This document shows positions 15,607 to 26,600 of a DNA stretch of 39,924 nucleotides, in pieces. The DNA comes from a virus (taxonomy: Duplodnaviria; Caudoviricetes). Made by a program: the position numbers and the translations under genes. How positions within the stretch are numbered: the first letter of the stretch is position 1; every line of letters starts with the position of its first letter. The DNA lies in the IMG/VR virus record IMGVR_UViG_3300010398_000018, positions 1-39,924 of that record; one strand, 5' to 3'. The notes beneath the pieces were generated by a model that saw nothing but the letters and a program-made list of their open reading frames with translations, was not told the origin of the DNA and did not search any database.

Positions 15607-17445
15607 ATGAGTGCGCCCATTCCCCTGAATTCCGGTTGTTGTTCGCCTCCCTGCCCCAACAACCCGCAGACTGCGGTGCCGGGACCACCGGGGGAAAATG
15701 CGTTCAGCTTTACGACGGCAAATTTCACCCAACCACTGGTCGGTGCCAACGTCACCGTCTCTCTTACTCACGACGGTTGGGTGGTTCCCGGGCAGACCGT
15801 GTTCATTCAAGGAGGTGGCTTCTACGAAGTAGCCTCGGTGTCTGGTTTGCTTGTGACCCTCACCAACACTGGCAACACGGGCAATGCTGCCCCGGGAACA
15901 GTGATTAATTCCGGTGCCAAGATTTCTCCCGGCGGCATTGGAGGCAACGTCGGCAATGCGTTCACGACGACTACTGCTCTGTTCGTTCAGCCAGCGGTGA
16001 GTGCCAACGTGACCGTGCAGGTGGTCAACACCAACTGGATGGTGGCGACTCAGGACATCTACATCGGGGTCGGTGGTTACTACACAATCTTTAGCGTTGT
16101 CGATGGGACTCACGTGACCGTGACTAATCTCGGTTACCCCGGCAACGCTGCTCCTGCGACCAACATTCCCAATCCACAGGGAGTGACTCCTTCCGGCATC
16201 CGTGGCGCGACAGGAGCCACGGGTGTGTCCACCCTCAACGGCATTTCTCCGACCACGACCAAAGGCGATCTGATTGTTGATAACGGTGCCAATAATCCTT
16301 TGGCTTCCAACGTCCGGTTTCCGGTGGGCACGGATGGTCAGGTGCTGGCTGCGGATTCAGCGCAGCCTACGGGCATCGTCTGGAACACCGTCCAGCCCAA
16401 TTCGGTGGCGATCAGTGGAGACATTGCCATCTATGACGGGACCACCGGGAAACCAGTTCCTCTGAAGGATTCCAAACTGCTCATCACTGCCGATGGAGCA
16501 ATTCAATCGACACCGTCCGGCGGCAATGCGCGTGGCACCCGGGCTGTGGACCTTCAGGTGAACCGTGCTTCGGTGGCGCAGGTGGCTTCCGGTTTGGAGT
16601 CGGTGATCTGCGGCGGGAAAAACAATCTCGCCATGGGAGCACAGACCACCGTGTGTGGTGGGACTGGCAACGTGGCTTCCGGTGGTGGAGGAGCCGGGGT
16701 GTTCTGCGGTGAGACGAACACCTCCAGCAACAACGACACCTTCGTGGGTGGTGGCATCAGCAATCTGGCTTCCGGTTCGCTGGCTGCGGTCATGGCAGGC
16801 TCGACCAACCATGCCATCGGCAACACCAGTTGCATTGGTGCTGGTGCCCTCAATGTGGCTTCCGGGTCCAATTCGTTTGTTGGTGCTGGTCAGTTGAACA
16901 CAGCCTCCGGGCCTTTTGCTTCGGTGGTCGCCGGGAACAACAATACTGCGTCCGGCCAGAATTCAACCGTGCTGGGTGGGCAAGGAGCAGTGGCGAATCT
17001 TTTCGGAGAAGTCTCCCACGCCAGTTTTGATTTTGCCAATCCCGGGGACGCGCAGCACAACGATTTGCTTTGGGGTTTTGCCACGACGGATGCGACTCCG
17101 GGCGTGGAGATTTTTATCGATGGCACTGCGGTTCGTGCCGTGCTTCCGAACAACACCACGTGGTCGTTTGATATTTATCTGGTCGGTCGATCCAATGCGG
17201 GTGTGTCGGCTGTCTGGCAAGCCAAAGGGGGAATCCAAAACAATGCGGGGACCGTCACACTGGTGGCTGGTCCGATTGTGCCAGTCGTCATTGCTGATGG
17301 CACTGGTGGCACGTGGGGAGTGGCAGCGAATTTTGCTGTCACCGCTGACAACGTAAACAAGAGCTTGAAGCTGGCTGTGACAGGCGCAGCCCTGACCACG
17401 ATTGCGTGGATGGCTCATGCTCGCATCGTTCAGGTGACTCTGTAA
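15607..17445 (+). CDS. Tail fibre/spike with beta-helical (YadA-head-like) repeats
   Basis: Repeated ASG..S.V.GG..N.A units, short Gly-X-Y stretches, TTKGDL and GTDGQVL.ADS fibre motifs. Confidence 0.8.
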   Translation: MSAPIPLNSGCCSPPCPNNPQTAVPGPPGENAFSFTTANFTQPLVGANVTVSLTHDGWVVPGQTVFIQGGGFYEVASVSGLLVTLTNTGNTGNAAPGTVINSGAKISPGGIGGNVGNAFTTTTALFVQPAVSANVTVQVVNTNWMVATQDIYIGVGGYYTIFSVVDGTHVTVTNLGYPGNAAPATNIPNPQGVTPSGIRGATGATGVSTLNGISPTTTKGDLIVDNGANNPLASNVRFPVGTDGQVLAADSAQPTGIVWNTVQPNSVAISGDIAIYDGTTGKPVPLKDSKLLITADGAIQSTPSGGNARGTRAVDLQVNRASVAQVASGLESVICGGKNNLAMGAQTTVCGGTGNVASGGGGAGVFCGETNTSSNNDTFVGGGISNLASGSLAAVMAGSTNHAIGNTSCIGAGALNVASGSNSFVGAGQLNTASGPFASVVAGNNNTASGQNSTVLGGQGAVANLFGEVSHASFDFANPGDAQHNDLLWGFATTDATPGVEIFIDGTAVRAVLPNNTTWSFDIYLVGRSNAGVSAVWQAKGGIQNNAGTVTLVAGPIVPVVIADGTGGTWGVAANFAVTADNVNKSLKLAVTGAALTTIAWMAHARIVQVTL

Positions 17446-19520
17446 TGGCCGACCCTGCACGAAAGCTGGCTGGGTTCAATGAACTGTCCCAAGGAATGGA
17501 CAGTGGAATTGCTCCGGTCCTGTTGCCGCCGAATCAGTCTGCGATGGCAGTCAACGTCACCTTCCGTGGCGACTTTCCCGAGACGCGACCACCGTGGAAG
17601 AATCATGTGCTCAATGGTGGCTTTGACACCGGGAATAATCCGCTGCCCCTGCCAGCCACGTGGACCGGAATCTTTCAAGGCTCGCAGTTTTACGTGAACG
17701 ACAACGGGCAGAGTGGGTGGGTGGTGGCGCGTGGAGGCAGATTCTTTTTCGTGACCGACGACACGTTCAGTATTCGTGAAATCACTCCCCAGATCATCAT
17801 CGTTACCACTGCTGCTTTCACCCTTCCCGGCGCAGGAAGCAATGTGCTGGTGAACTTCAACGGCAATGCTCCGGTCAACGTGGGAGACACGGTGATGATT
17901 GGTGCCATTCACTACACGGTGGCAGCGATCTTCAATATGCAGCTTCGGCTGACACAGGTGGATGCCGGGGCTGGAACCGTCGCTGCCGGGGCATTGCTCT
18001 TCGATGCGACGGGCACCAACCAGTTGATCCAGTTCGAGGTTTATCCGGCGAACATCAATTTCGTCTTCATGTTCCAAGCCGAGAATTACGTGATCGTTTT
18101 GGGAGGTCACGAGCACACCATGATCTGGGATGGGACGCTGATGCGTCCCAGCGGCACCAACGAGGTTCCCTCTGGATTCATTGGTGCTTACGGGTGGGGG
18201 CGCATCTGGATCGTGAACCCGGACAGACGCACGTTCGTGGCTGGCGACATTGTGTTTGGTCCGTCCGGCACACCGCAGAACGGATTCCGTGATGCGATTT
18301 TAAAATTCACAGAGAATACTTTTCTCAACGAAGGAGGCAGTTTCGGTGTCCCGTATGAAGCGGGTCCGATCACTGCGATGCAGTTTCTGGCAACGCAAGA
18401 TACCTCGCTGGGTATTGGTGTATTACTCGTTGGGACTACCAACATGGTGTTTTCGGTTAACGCACCAGTTGATCGGACTATTTGGAAGGATCTTACCTAC
18501 CCGATCCAAACCGTCTCGCTGATCGACTACGGACCAATGGGTCCACGCAGCACGATCAGTGTGAATGGGGACATGTGGTATCGCAGCCTCGATGGGGTTC
18601 GTTCCTTCGTGGTGGCGCGACGACTGTTCGGTTCTCCCGGCAACACTCCCATGAGCCATGAGGTGGACGAGGTTTTGGATTTCGATACCTCGCAATTGCT
18701 CTTCTACGGCAGCGCAGTGTTCTTCGATAACAAGATTTTCATGACGGTGTCTCCGGTTCAGCAGGTGAGCAATCAAGTGATCCATCGGGGGATGGTGGTC
18801 ATCAATTTTGATTTGGTCAGCGACCTGAAAGTGAAGCAGAACCCTGCGTGGGAAGGGGTCCATACCGGACTGGATCACTGCCAGATTTCAAAGGCCAGGA
18901 TCGACAATGACGAACGCATGTTCAGTTGGGTGGCTGGAGCAGGTGACACACTGGAACTGTGGGAGAATCTCACCAAGGGCATCGCAGACGAATTCAACAC
19001 TGATCCCGGAGGTGTGCTCACGGTCCAGCGCAAGGCGATTGGTTGCCTCTTGCAGACCCGAGCCGAGGACTACGGTCTGCCGCTGGAATTGAAGCGGTTG
19101 ATCATGGGCGAGATTTATGTCGAGGACGTTGCTGACACGGTGACCTTCCAGATTTTTTACAGGCCGGATTCCTACCCCAACTGGATCCCGTGGCAGACCT
19201 TCACGCTCTGTTCTTCGGTGACTCAATGCAGCCCGGATGTGAACAACTGTTTTTTTGTGAATAACGCTCGCAGTTATGCTGCGCGACTCACGCTGCCGCA
19301 GCCTGCGGAAACCTGCAATGGAATGACAGGCACCTTTGCCCGGGAATTTCACGACTGCCAGTTCCAGTTGCTCTGGACGGGGCATTGCAGGGTGAAGCGA
19401 TTCTTTACTCACGCCAAGATTCAAACGCAGCCCACGGAAGGCACCTGTCCACCGCAGGTGACCTGTGTCGCAGTGGCGACCTGTGGCGACAACCTGTTCA
19501 CCTACGACTCGCACCCATGA
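17445..19520 (+). CDS. Tail nozzle / tail tubular B-like (stabilisation) protein
   Basis: About 690 aa, beta-rich; position in the podovirus-like tail module. Start reassigned to MADPARK. Confidence 0.65.
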   Translation: MADPARKLAGFNELSQGMDSGIAPVLLPPNQSAMAVNVTFRGDFPETRPPWKNHVLNGGFDTGNNPLPLPATWTGIFQGSQFYVNDNGQSGWVVARGGRFFFVTDDTFSIREITPQIIIVTTAAFTLPGAGSNVLVNFNGNAPVNVGDTVMIGAIHYTVAAIFNMQLRLTQVDAGAGTVAAGALLFDATGTNQLIQFEVYPANINFVFMFQAENYVIVLGGHEHTMIWDGTLMRPSGTNEVPSGFIGAYGWGRIWIVNPDRRTFVAGDIVFGPSGTPQNGFRDAILKFTENTFLNEGGSFGVPYEAGPITAMQFLATQDTSLGIGVLLVGTTNMVFSVNAPVDRTIWKDLTYPIQTVSLIDYGPMGPRSTISVNGDMWYRSLDGVRSFVVARRLFGSPGNTPMSHEVDEVLDFDTSQLLFYGSAVFFDNKIFMTVSPVQQVSNQVIHRGMVVINFDLVSDLKVKQNPAWEGVHTGLDHCQISKARIDNDERMFSWVAGAGDTLELWENLTKGIADEFNTDPGGVLTVQRKAIGCLLQTRAEDYGLPLELKRLIMGEIYVEDVADTVTFQIFYRPDSYPNWIPWQTFTLCSSVTQCSPDVNNCFFVNNARSYAARLTLPQPAETCNGMTGTFAREFHDCQFQLLWTGHCRVKRFFTHAKIQTQPTEGTCPPQVTCVAVATCGDNLFTYDSHP

Positions 19521-20299
19521 ATGTCACAGTCCAAAACGGTTTATTGCCGCAGGGTTTTTGCCCCAGCGATTACCAGTCACTGCTCAATGCTTTTTCTGCC
19601 GTGCAGTTTGTTCCGATCAACTCGGTCAGCAGCATCGTTGTCTCTCCCACACCCCCGGCAGATCACAGTGTGGCGTGGCTACAGACCGATTCCAACGGCA
19701 ACCCGATTCGGATCTATGTCGTGGCTTCCGGCGCGTGGCTTTCGCCGCATCCGTTGCAGCCCGGGCACACGATGATTTGGAATCAGACGCTGCCCAACCT
19801 CCAGACCTACGACGGTGGTGATGCCAGCGTGGCTCCCTTCTCTGACTTGTCCGGCCAGATGTGGCAGTTGATGGCGACGACGCTCGACGGCAATGGCACA
19901 CAGGTGGCGCAGGCGCAGTTCCCGGTGGGTGTGGGCACTACAGTCAACAGCGGTGCCGTGGTGGTTGGTGCGAATAACGTCACTGACACTGGTGTCAACG
20001 GAGAGGACAAGCATGTGCTTCTGGATACGGAACTGGCTTTGCATCGGCACTACCTTGCCAACACTGATTTTGGTAATCCCATTGCTGGTCCGTTTCTTTC
20101 CAACAGCACCCAGATGAATCAAGGGGCAGGTGGTGGTTCCAATTTTCTGGACTACAAACTGACTGGTTCGGCTAATCCAGCCACACAGGGGCTTTCCTCG
20201 ATTGTCGGATCCAATATCGCGCACAACACACTGCCGCCTTTTTACGGGGTTTATTTTCTGCAGCGAACCATCCGTCGATTTTACGTGGTGCCGTTATGA
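19517..20299 (+). CDS. Short tail fibre / collar-domain protein
   Basis: GEDKHVL...EL..HRH...AHNTLPPFYGVYFLQRT, typical of phage collar or short-fibre C-termini. Confidence 0.7.
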   Translation: MNVTVQNGLLPQGFCPSDYQSLLNAFSAVQFVPINSVSSIVVSPTPPADHSVAWLQTDSNGNPIRIYVVASGAWLSPHPLQPGHTMIWNQTLPNLQTYDGGDASVAPFSDLSGQMWQLMATTLDGNGTQVAQAQFPVGVGTTVNSGAVVVGANNVTDTGVNGEDKHVLLDTELALHRHYLANTDFGNPIAGPFLSNSTQMNQGAGGGSNFLDYKLTGSANPATQGLSSIVGSNIAHNTLPPFYGVYFLQRTIRRFYVVPL

Positions 20300-21387
20300 G
20301 AGTCACACTTGCTGATGCGAAGAACAGCCGGATCCCGTCACAGATTGGCGAGTGTCCCCCGGCTGATCGATTTCTTGCCCTGCTCAATGAGGCGCAGGAG
20401 AGACTGATCTACTGCGGCAAATGGTGGGGGACCGTGCAGAAGTGGAGGTTCTGCGCCACGGATGGCTGCGTGGCACTACCTTCGCAGTTCGCCACCTTGG
20501 AAGCAGTGGCTGTTTGTGGTCGCCCGATTGCCGTGCGTGATCAGTTCTACGAATTCTTGGAAAACGGTTTTGGAATTCGTGGACAGAGTGTGATCAACAT
20601 CACCAATTCCAGTGGCACTATGACAGGCAGTCCGGCTGGTTCTTGCTGTGGAGGTGTTGCTGGCGTGTGTGGCATTGCCGAGGCTTTGTATCGAGGTCAC
20701 TACCCGACCTTTGCTGATATCCAGCCGACTGGAAAGCAACTGCAACTGGTGTGTGATAGGTTAACTGACGTTGGTAAGCCAGTGCTGTGTCTTGGGTATG
20801 ACGACAATAACAATTGGATCAGGACGCTGCAGAACGGAGTGGTTTCAGATGGCGAAGTGGTATCGCTATCGCAAGCACCCGGAACGAACAGTGTCAACAA
20901 CTTCTCCACTGTTACCGATCTGCAGCCACCTCAAAACCTCGACGGGCAATGGTGGCTTTATGAATACACCGTTGCTGGTGGAGCACAGAGACTAATCGGT
21001 CAGTATCAGTACTACGACGTTCGCCCGACGTTCGCTCGCTATTTCTTCCCGGCCATTTTACCCACGGTGGGACAACCTCCCGGTTCCTGCTCGCAGATTC
21101 TGGTGGAGGCACTGGTCAAATTGGAATTCATCCCGGCCAAACGAGATACAGACTATCTAATAATTGGCAATTTGCCGGCGTTAAAGGAACTAATGATGGC
21201 TTTGCAGAAAGCCGAGGATGAACCTGACGCACTGAGGAAGGTGCAGATCGTCTCTGCCGGGACCACGGTGGCGAAACAAATTTTGGATCTTCAACTCGAC
21301 CACTATCTGGGAAGTGGTCGCAAGATGGGAATGAACATTGTGGGTTCATCCATCGGTGATGTGATCCCGGTTCCTAACCTGTTGTGA
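20296..21387 (+). CDS. Tail adaptor / tubular A-like protein
   Basis: N-terminal LLNEAQERL..GKW helix as in adaptor proteins; synteny. Confidence 0.55.
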   Translation: MRVTLADAKNSRIPSQIGECPPADRFLALLNEAQERLIYCGKWWGTVQKWRFCATDGCVALPSQFATLEAVAVCGRPIAVRDQFYEFLENGFGIRGQSVINITNSSGTMTGSPAGSCCGGVAGVCGIAEALYRGHYPTFADIQPTGKQLQLVCDRLTDVGKPVLCLGYDDNNNWIRTLQNGVVSDGEVVSLSQAPGTNSVNNFSTVTDLQPPQNLDGQWWLYEYTVAGGAQRLIGQYQYYDVRPTFARYFFPAILPTVGQPPGSCSQILVEALVKLEFIPAKRDTDYLIIGNLPALKELMMALQKAEDEPDALRKVQIVSAGTTVAKQILDLQLDHYLGSGRKMGMNIVGSSIGDVIPVPNLL

Positions 21388-21388
21388 T

Positions 21389-22327
21389 ATGTCAATTCTA
21401 AGCAGTCTCTTTGGGTCCAAGCCAGTGGTGCCGGATTTGCCGACGCTGAGTCTTACGACGGAGCAGCAGAAGGCACTCGCTGCCAACCTGCAAGCCATCC
21501 CGGCAGCGGAACGGATTGGCGCGAAGGTGGACCTGTTCAATCAACAGCAGGTGGACCAGATGCTGGAGCATGTGATTCCCAATTACAAATCACTGACCCA
21601 GACCATCAGCCAGCAGGCGCAGCAGATGGCGCAGGGACAAATTCCTACCGATGTGCAGAACGTGGTCCAGCAGAGTGACGCAGCCAAAGCTATTGGTGGT
21701 GGCACTGCAGGTTCTGGCTTTGGACGCAATCTGGTGGCGCGTGATTTCGGGCTGACCAGTTTGGGCATCATGCAGCAGGGAATTTCGACTGCTGAAAACT
21801 GGATGCAGACGGCCAATTCCATTTATGCGCCGGGGATGTTCAACATCACGAGCATGTTTGTGTCGCCGCAGCAGATGGCTGCGTTCGATACACAGGAGAG
21901 GAACGCGCAATTCCAAAAGCAGTGGATGCAAAACCAGATTGCTGCGATGCCGGACCCGACCACAGTCGGTCTGTGGAACGCATCGTGGTCGGTGGTTGAT
22001 GCGGCACTCTCCGCTTACACGGGCAGCAGCGTGTCACTGGGACTGATTAATCCGCAGGGCACGATGCAGCAAACCTCCGGGCTGAATCTGGGCAACCAGA
22101 ATGCCTTCGCTGCTCCACAGACGGGCTACACGTTCGGAGGTCAGCCCAGTCAGGCAGGCGCAGGGCTGTATGGCTATCCGTCTGCCGCTGCCGCCGGGAC
22201 GGGTGGGGCTGGGGCTTTGGGAAGCTTATCCGCCGGGGGCATGTCCAGCAGTGGCTTGGGTGGCTTTGGTGGTGGAGGTGGTGGTGCTGCTGGCATGGGT
22301 GCTGGTGGTCTTGGCTTTGGCATCTAA
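21389..22327 (+). CDS. Internal virion / ejection (pilot-like) protein
   Basis: Gln/Ala-rich helices and a Gly-rich C-terminal tail. Confidence 0.6.
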   Translation: MSILSSLFGSKPVVPDLPTLSLTTEQQKALAANLQAIPAAERIGAKVDLFNQQQVDQMLEHVIPNYKSLTQTISQQAQQMAQGQIPTDVQNVVQQSDAAKAIGGGTAGSGFGRNLVARDFGLTSLGIMQQGISTAENWMQTANSIYAPGMFNITSMFVSPQQMAAFDTQERNAQFQKQWMQNQIAAMPDPTTVGLWNASWSVVDAALSAYTGSSVSLGLINPQGTMQQTSGLNLGNQNAFAAPQTGYTFGGQPSQAGAGLYGYPSAAAAGTGGAGALGSLSAGGMSSSGLGGFGGGGGGAAGMGAGGLGFGI

Positions 22328-22337
22328 CAGGTGATGT

Positions 22338-23684
22338 ATGAGTGATATTTTTGGTGGCGTAGAACCTCCGCAGTGGTTGCAGCGAATGGCGCAACCCGCA
22401 GACATGTCGGTGGCTGGTCGCGTCGTAGGCGAACTGGTCGGTGGACTCGGCCTGTCGGCAGAGAATGCGCTCAAGGAAGCCAAGACCAAACAGGCTCAGG
22501 GCATCGACACAAACTGGATCAAGGAACTGCCCGGGCAAATTCATCAGGGGCTATTCGAGGCTCGCATGAACATGCAAAACCCGATGTGGAAATTGGGTGT
22601 GCAGCAGGCGCAACTGGGAATGGCGAAAACCCAGTTGGATATGCAGAACACGCAATCACAAATCGATGTGCGCAAACAGCACATGACGATGCTGCAGACC
22701 GACCAGCAGAATTTTTCCCGGTGGATGCAGGACCATCCCACGTGGCAGAGCAGGCAGAACGTGGCTCCTCCGGTGTTCATGACCCCGGAATACCAGAAGG
22801 GGATTCACGACATCTTCATGGCTGACAGCCGAAGTGTGCAGGCCAAGTCTGCGGTGGAGTCGGTCAAAGAATTCGGCAAACAGAAAACGGAACTGAGTGG
22901 TTACGACGCCATTCTGGGGGGCAAGTATGCAAACTATAACGACTTCAATTCCATGCCCAAAGAATTGCAGGAGCAGTTCCCCAAGGACATGGCAGCAGCC
23001 CGGGCGAAGCATCAGGAAGACATCCAACCACGCGCCACAGTTCTGAAGACACCTGATGGTCGAGAGATTGTTGGCACCATGGAGCAGGAGCCGGGAGGTC
23101 GGTGGAAATTCACCGAGGCAAAGCAGCAGCCCGGAATGAAACCCGGAAGCAAAATCAATCTGCCGCCGGAACTGGAGCACCGAATCAAAGCAGCGGAGGG
23201 GGTTGCGAAGTTTGCTCACGAACAGCGCATCAAGGAAAAGGACTCGGACAGATTCCCGGCATTGGAAAAGGAAGAGGCAGAAGCAGAGGGTCGTCTACAG
23301 GCACTGTATAAGCAGGCGCAGGATTACCAGAATAGTCTCGGTGGTGCCAAGCCAGCCGCAGCACCTCCAGCAGCGGCACCTGCCAAACCAACTGTGCCCG
23401 GACTCAAATCCGATCCTAAAAATCTGTTTGGTGGTGGAACCAATGCGGCACCGACTAATGCTGTGCAGACCGTTGGGGTGGCGACCAACACTCCAGCAGC
23501 AACGACCAATGCTGTGGTCCCGGCACCCGTCACGACTGCTCCTGCAACCAATGCTCCTGTGGTGAGGAACCTGACCTACCGTCCGGGGATGAGTGACATG
23601 GAGATGTTCGAGCAAATGATGAACCAGCCTGAATTCGTCACACTGATGAATCAGTGGTTGGCGAAACAGGGATTGTCACGGTGA
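22338..23684 (+). CDS. Internal virion / ejection protein
   Basis: Gln-rich coiled coils and a Pro/Ala/Thr linker; synteny. Confidence 0.6.
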   Translation: MSDIFGGVEPPQWLQRMAQPADMSVAGRVVGELVGGLGLSAENALKEAKTKQAQGIDTNWIKELPGQIHQGLFEARMNMQNPMWKLGVQQAQLGMAKTQLDMQNTQSQIDVRKQHMTMLQTDQQNFSRWMQDHPTWQSRQNVAPPVFMTPEYQKGIHDIFMADSRSVQAKSAVESVKEFGKQKTELSGYDAILGGKYANYNDFNSMPKELQEQFPKDMAAARAKHQEDIQPRATVLKTPDGREIVGTMEQEPGGRWKFTEAKQQPGMKPGSKINLPPELEHRIKAAEGVAKFAHEQRIKEKDSDRFPALEKEEAEAEGRLQALYKQAQDYQNSLGGAKPAAAPPAAAPAKPTVPGLKSDPKNLFGGGTNAAPTNAVQTVGVATNTPAATTNAVVPAPVTTAPATNAPVVRNLTYRPGMSDMEMFEQMMNQPEFVTLMNQWLAKQGLSR

Positions 23685-26600
23685 GTGATACCATCGACCA
23701 GTTGAAAAAAGATTTTCCGGCATACAAGGATGTGCCGGACGATTACCTGACGGTTGCTCTGGCCCAAAAGGAGCCGGACAAGCTGGAGCAGGATCCTTAC
23801 TTCAAAGCCGACTACGAACGGCTGACCAAAACTGTCAGTAGTGGGGAAGAGAAGGCACCGAAGATGTATCCGGTGCAGATCCCGGCTGGGCAGGAGCAGA
23901 CAGGCAAAAGACCTTCTGGTCCGTTGCGACCTTATGCTTACGGTGCTGGTCCGTTTGGTCCCCGGGAAGATATTGGTCCCTCGATTCTCGATGTCGGCAA
24001 AGGGCTGCATGCTGCGGCTGAACCTGTGCTGGAAGCCACGGGTGGAACGGTGGTGGATCTTTACAACGACTTTGCCCAGCGTACTGGCCTGCCCACTTTC
24101 GAGAAGGACAAGCCACTGATCGAACCGATTTCGGTTGAGGAACGGATTGGCAAAGAGGAATTCGATAAGCTTTCCACCGTCAAAAAATCGCTCATCAAAA
24201 TGCACGATGCAGCGATGGGATTTGCAGCTGGACTTTACACCCCAAAAAACATTGCGCTGGGTCCGGTTGCTGGCTTGGAGGTGGCTGGCACCAAACCTAT
24301 CGTGGGTGCCTTTGCCGCCGACATTGTGTCCGGTCTTCCCGAGCAGGCAGGTGAGCTTCTCCAGTCGAAAGATGTTCCCGAGGCTGCAGGTGCCCTGACC
24401 AAATTGGGATTGGGCACGTTCATTGCCAAAAAGGTTGTGGGTCATGCGACGGAAGGAATTGCCAAGGCGGGTGCCCCGGCAACTGCCAGCGCATTGGAAC
24501 AGCAAACTAGCGAGAACGCATTTTACGAAAACTTGCGTCGAAAGGATCAACGTGCCCTATACCCCGAAACAGACGAGATTCTTCAACCTGTGCGCCCATT
24601 CCCCGGAGAAGGCGAAGGGCAAATGCCCGTCACGCCAGACTTCACGGAAGTTGGCCCACGAGGCGAACCGACTGGCCCGGAAAAGACAGGCCCGGAGATA
24701 ATCACGCACTCCGCTTACAAAGATGCGGAAGGAAATATTCACACGGGTGCCAACCACCCGGAGATTCTCTCCCGGCTGGTTAACGAGGGTGTGATCACCA
24801 AGGAGGTTGCTGACAGTTTCAATGAACGTGAGAGTCGCAACACTCCGCAGTTCGGTTTCTTCACTGATCTAAATCGATTCATCACTCGTGGCGAGGCAGC
24901 GAAGGTGGCGACCGAATCCGGCCAGAACCTGCGCGAGATGAAAGAGGGTGATCAGGTTCACAGTGATGAAATTCGTTCGGCCAGTGATCCCAAAAAAACA
25001 CTCGGTGAATCTCCGGTGGAGAAAGGGCCAGGTATCATCGGTTTTGGTGGTGCCATCCCGGCTGAATTCGATGTGAAAAAGGAAAGCCCCACGAGTCTGA
25101 AAAATAAAATCGTGGACAAGGAACGCGAGCTTCGTGGTTTGCCAGCAGCCATGCAGGCAGCACGGAAAACTTTTGGTGAAGTCTGGGACCGTGCGATGCG
25201 CAAGCTCGATGAGAATTCCACTCTCGATGATGATCTGGTCAACGAACTGCGGTTGAAGCCACGTGCGATCACGGACGAGGAGGATGCGATCCTGTTGCAT
25301 CGGCAGGTGCAGCTTCAGAATGAATACCGCAGGGCGAAAGAGGCTTTGGCACAGGCGCACGACGACGGACGGGTCGAAGCAGCCGAGGCAGAGAATCTCC
25401 GGGTCAGTTGGTTGTCGGATAAACTGCTGGAACTTTACAACGTCGGTAAGGCTGTTGGCACCGAGACGGCCCGGGGACTCAATGCCCGGAAGATGTTAGC
25501 CAACGAGGATTTCACTTTGGAGTCGATGGAGATGGACGCACGGGCTGCGCGTGGTGGTGCTCCGTTGAGTGAAGAGGAACGCAACCAGATCAAGGAACTG
25601 AGCGAGGAGATCAACAAAAAGCAGACTGCCTATGACGAGTATGTGAAGCAGATGGACCAGAAGATGGCTGACCTGCAGCACCAACTGGAACACGAACGCA
25701 TGCTCAAGGAAGCAGCGGAAAAAGCAAAGCCTGCTTTCGCGCCGGAAATCATGAAGGCAGCGGAACGTCTGGTGGCTGGGCTGGACAAGCGAGCCGATGC
25801 AGCACGGCAACGTCTGCGTGAACGCATGGGCCGGACCACTGCTGGTGTGGATCCCACGATTCTCTTCGACCTTGCTGAAGTGGGTGCCTCGCATCTGGCT
25901 CATGCCGCTTTGGATTTCACGCAGTGGTCGGCAAAAATGGTCGATGAGTTTGGTGACTGGGTGAAACCGCATCTGGACGAAGCTTTCAAAGCTTCAAAGG
26001 AGGCAATCAACAGTCTCAAAGCCCCGGCGAAGGTCCGGGCAGCGATGCAACCCAAGCCTCCTGCGCCGACGATTGATCAGTTGAAGGCGAGCACTGCCGA
26101 CCACATGAAGGGGATGAAGGAATCCGGCAACATGGATGCCATCATCGGTGACATCCAGAAGCTGGCAAAGCAGGTGATTGCCAGCGGCATCACAGACCGG
26201 GACGCAGTGCTCGATGCCGTCCACGCAATTGTTCAGGAGGCTGTTCCTGAAATGTCCCGGCGCGACACGCAGGATGCGATTGCTAACTATGGCAGGATGC
26301 GATTGCTGCCGCAGGATCAGGTCAGCAAAACTTTTCGTGATTTGAAAGGCCAGTATCTGGAATTGTCGAAGCTGGACGACATGGCAAAGGGGATTGCTCC
26401 CAAGCAGACGGGCACCAGTCGTGATGTGCCCAGTGCTGAAAAGCGCAGGCTGCAAAAGCAGGTGAACGAGGCAAAGAAAAAGGGTGGCTACCATGTCACC
26501 GACCCTGCCACGCAACTGCGCACCACGATGCAGACCATCAAGACACGGTTGTGGAATCAAATCGTGGACTTGGATCACCAGATCAAAACGCGCACCAAAA

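Noticed and set aside
15607-20299. Diversity-generating retroelement or invertible tail-fibre cassette
   Set aside because: No reverse transcriptase or invertase, and no TR/VR-like near-duplicate was seen in this window.
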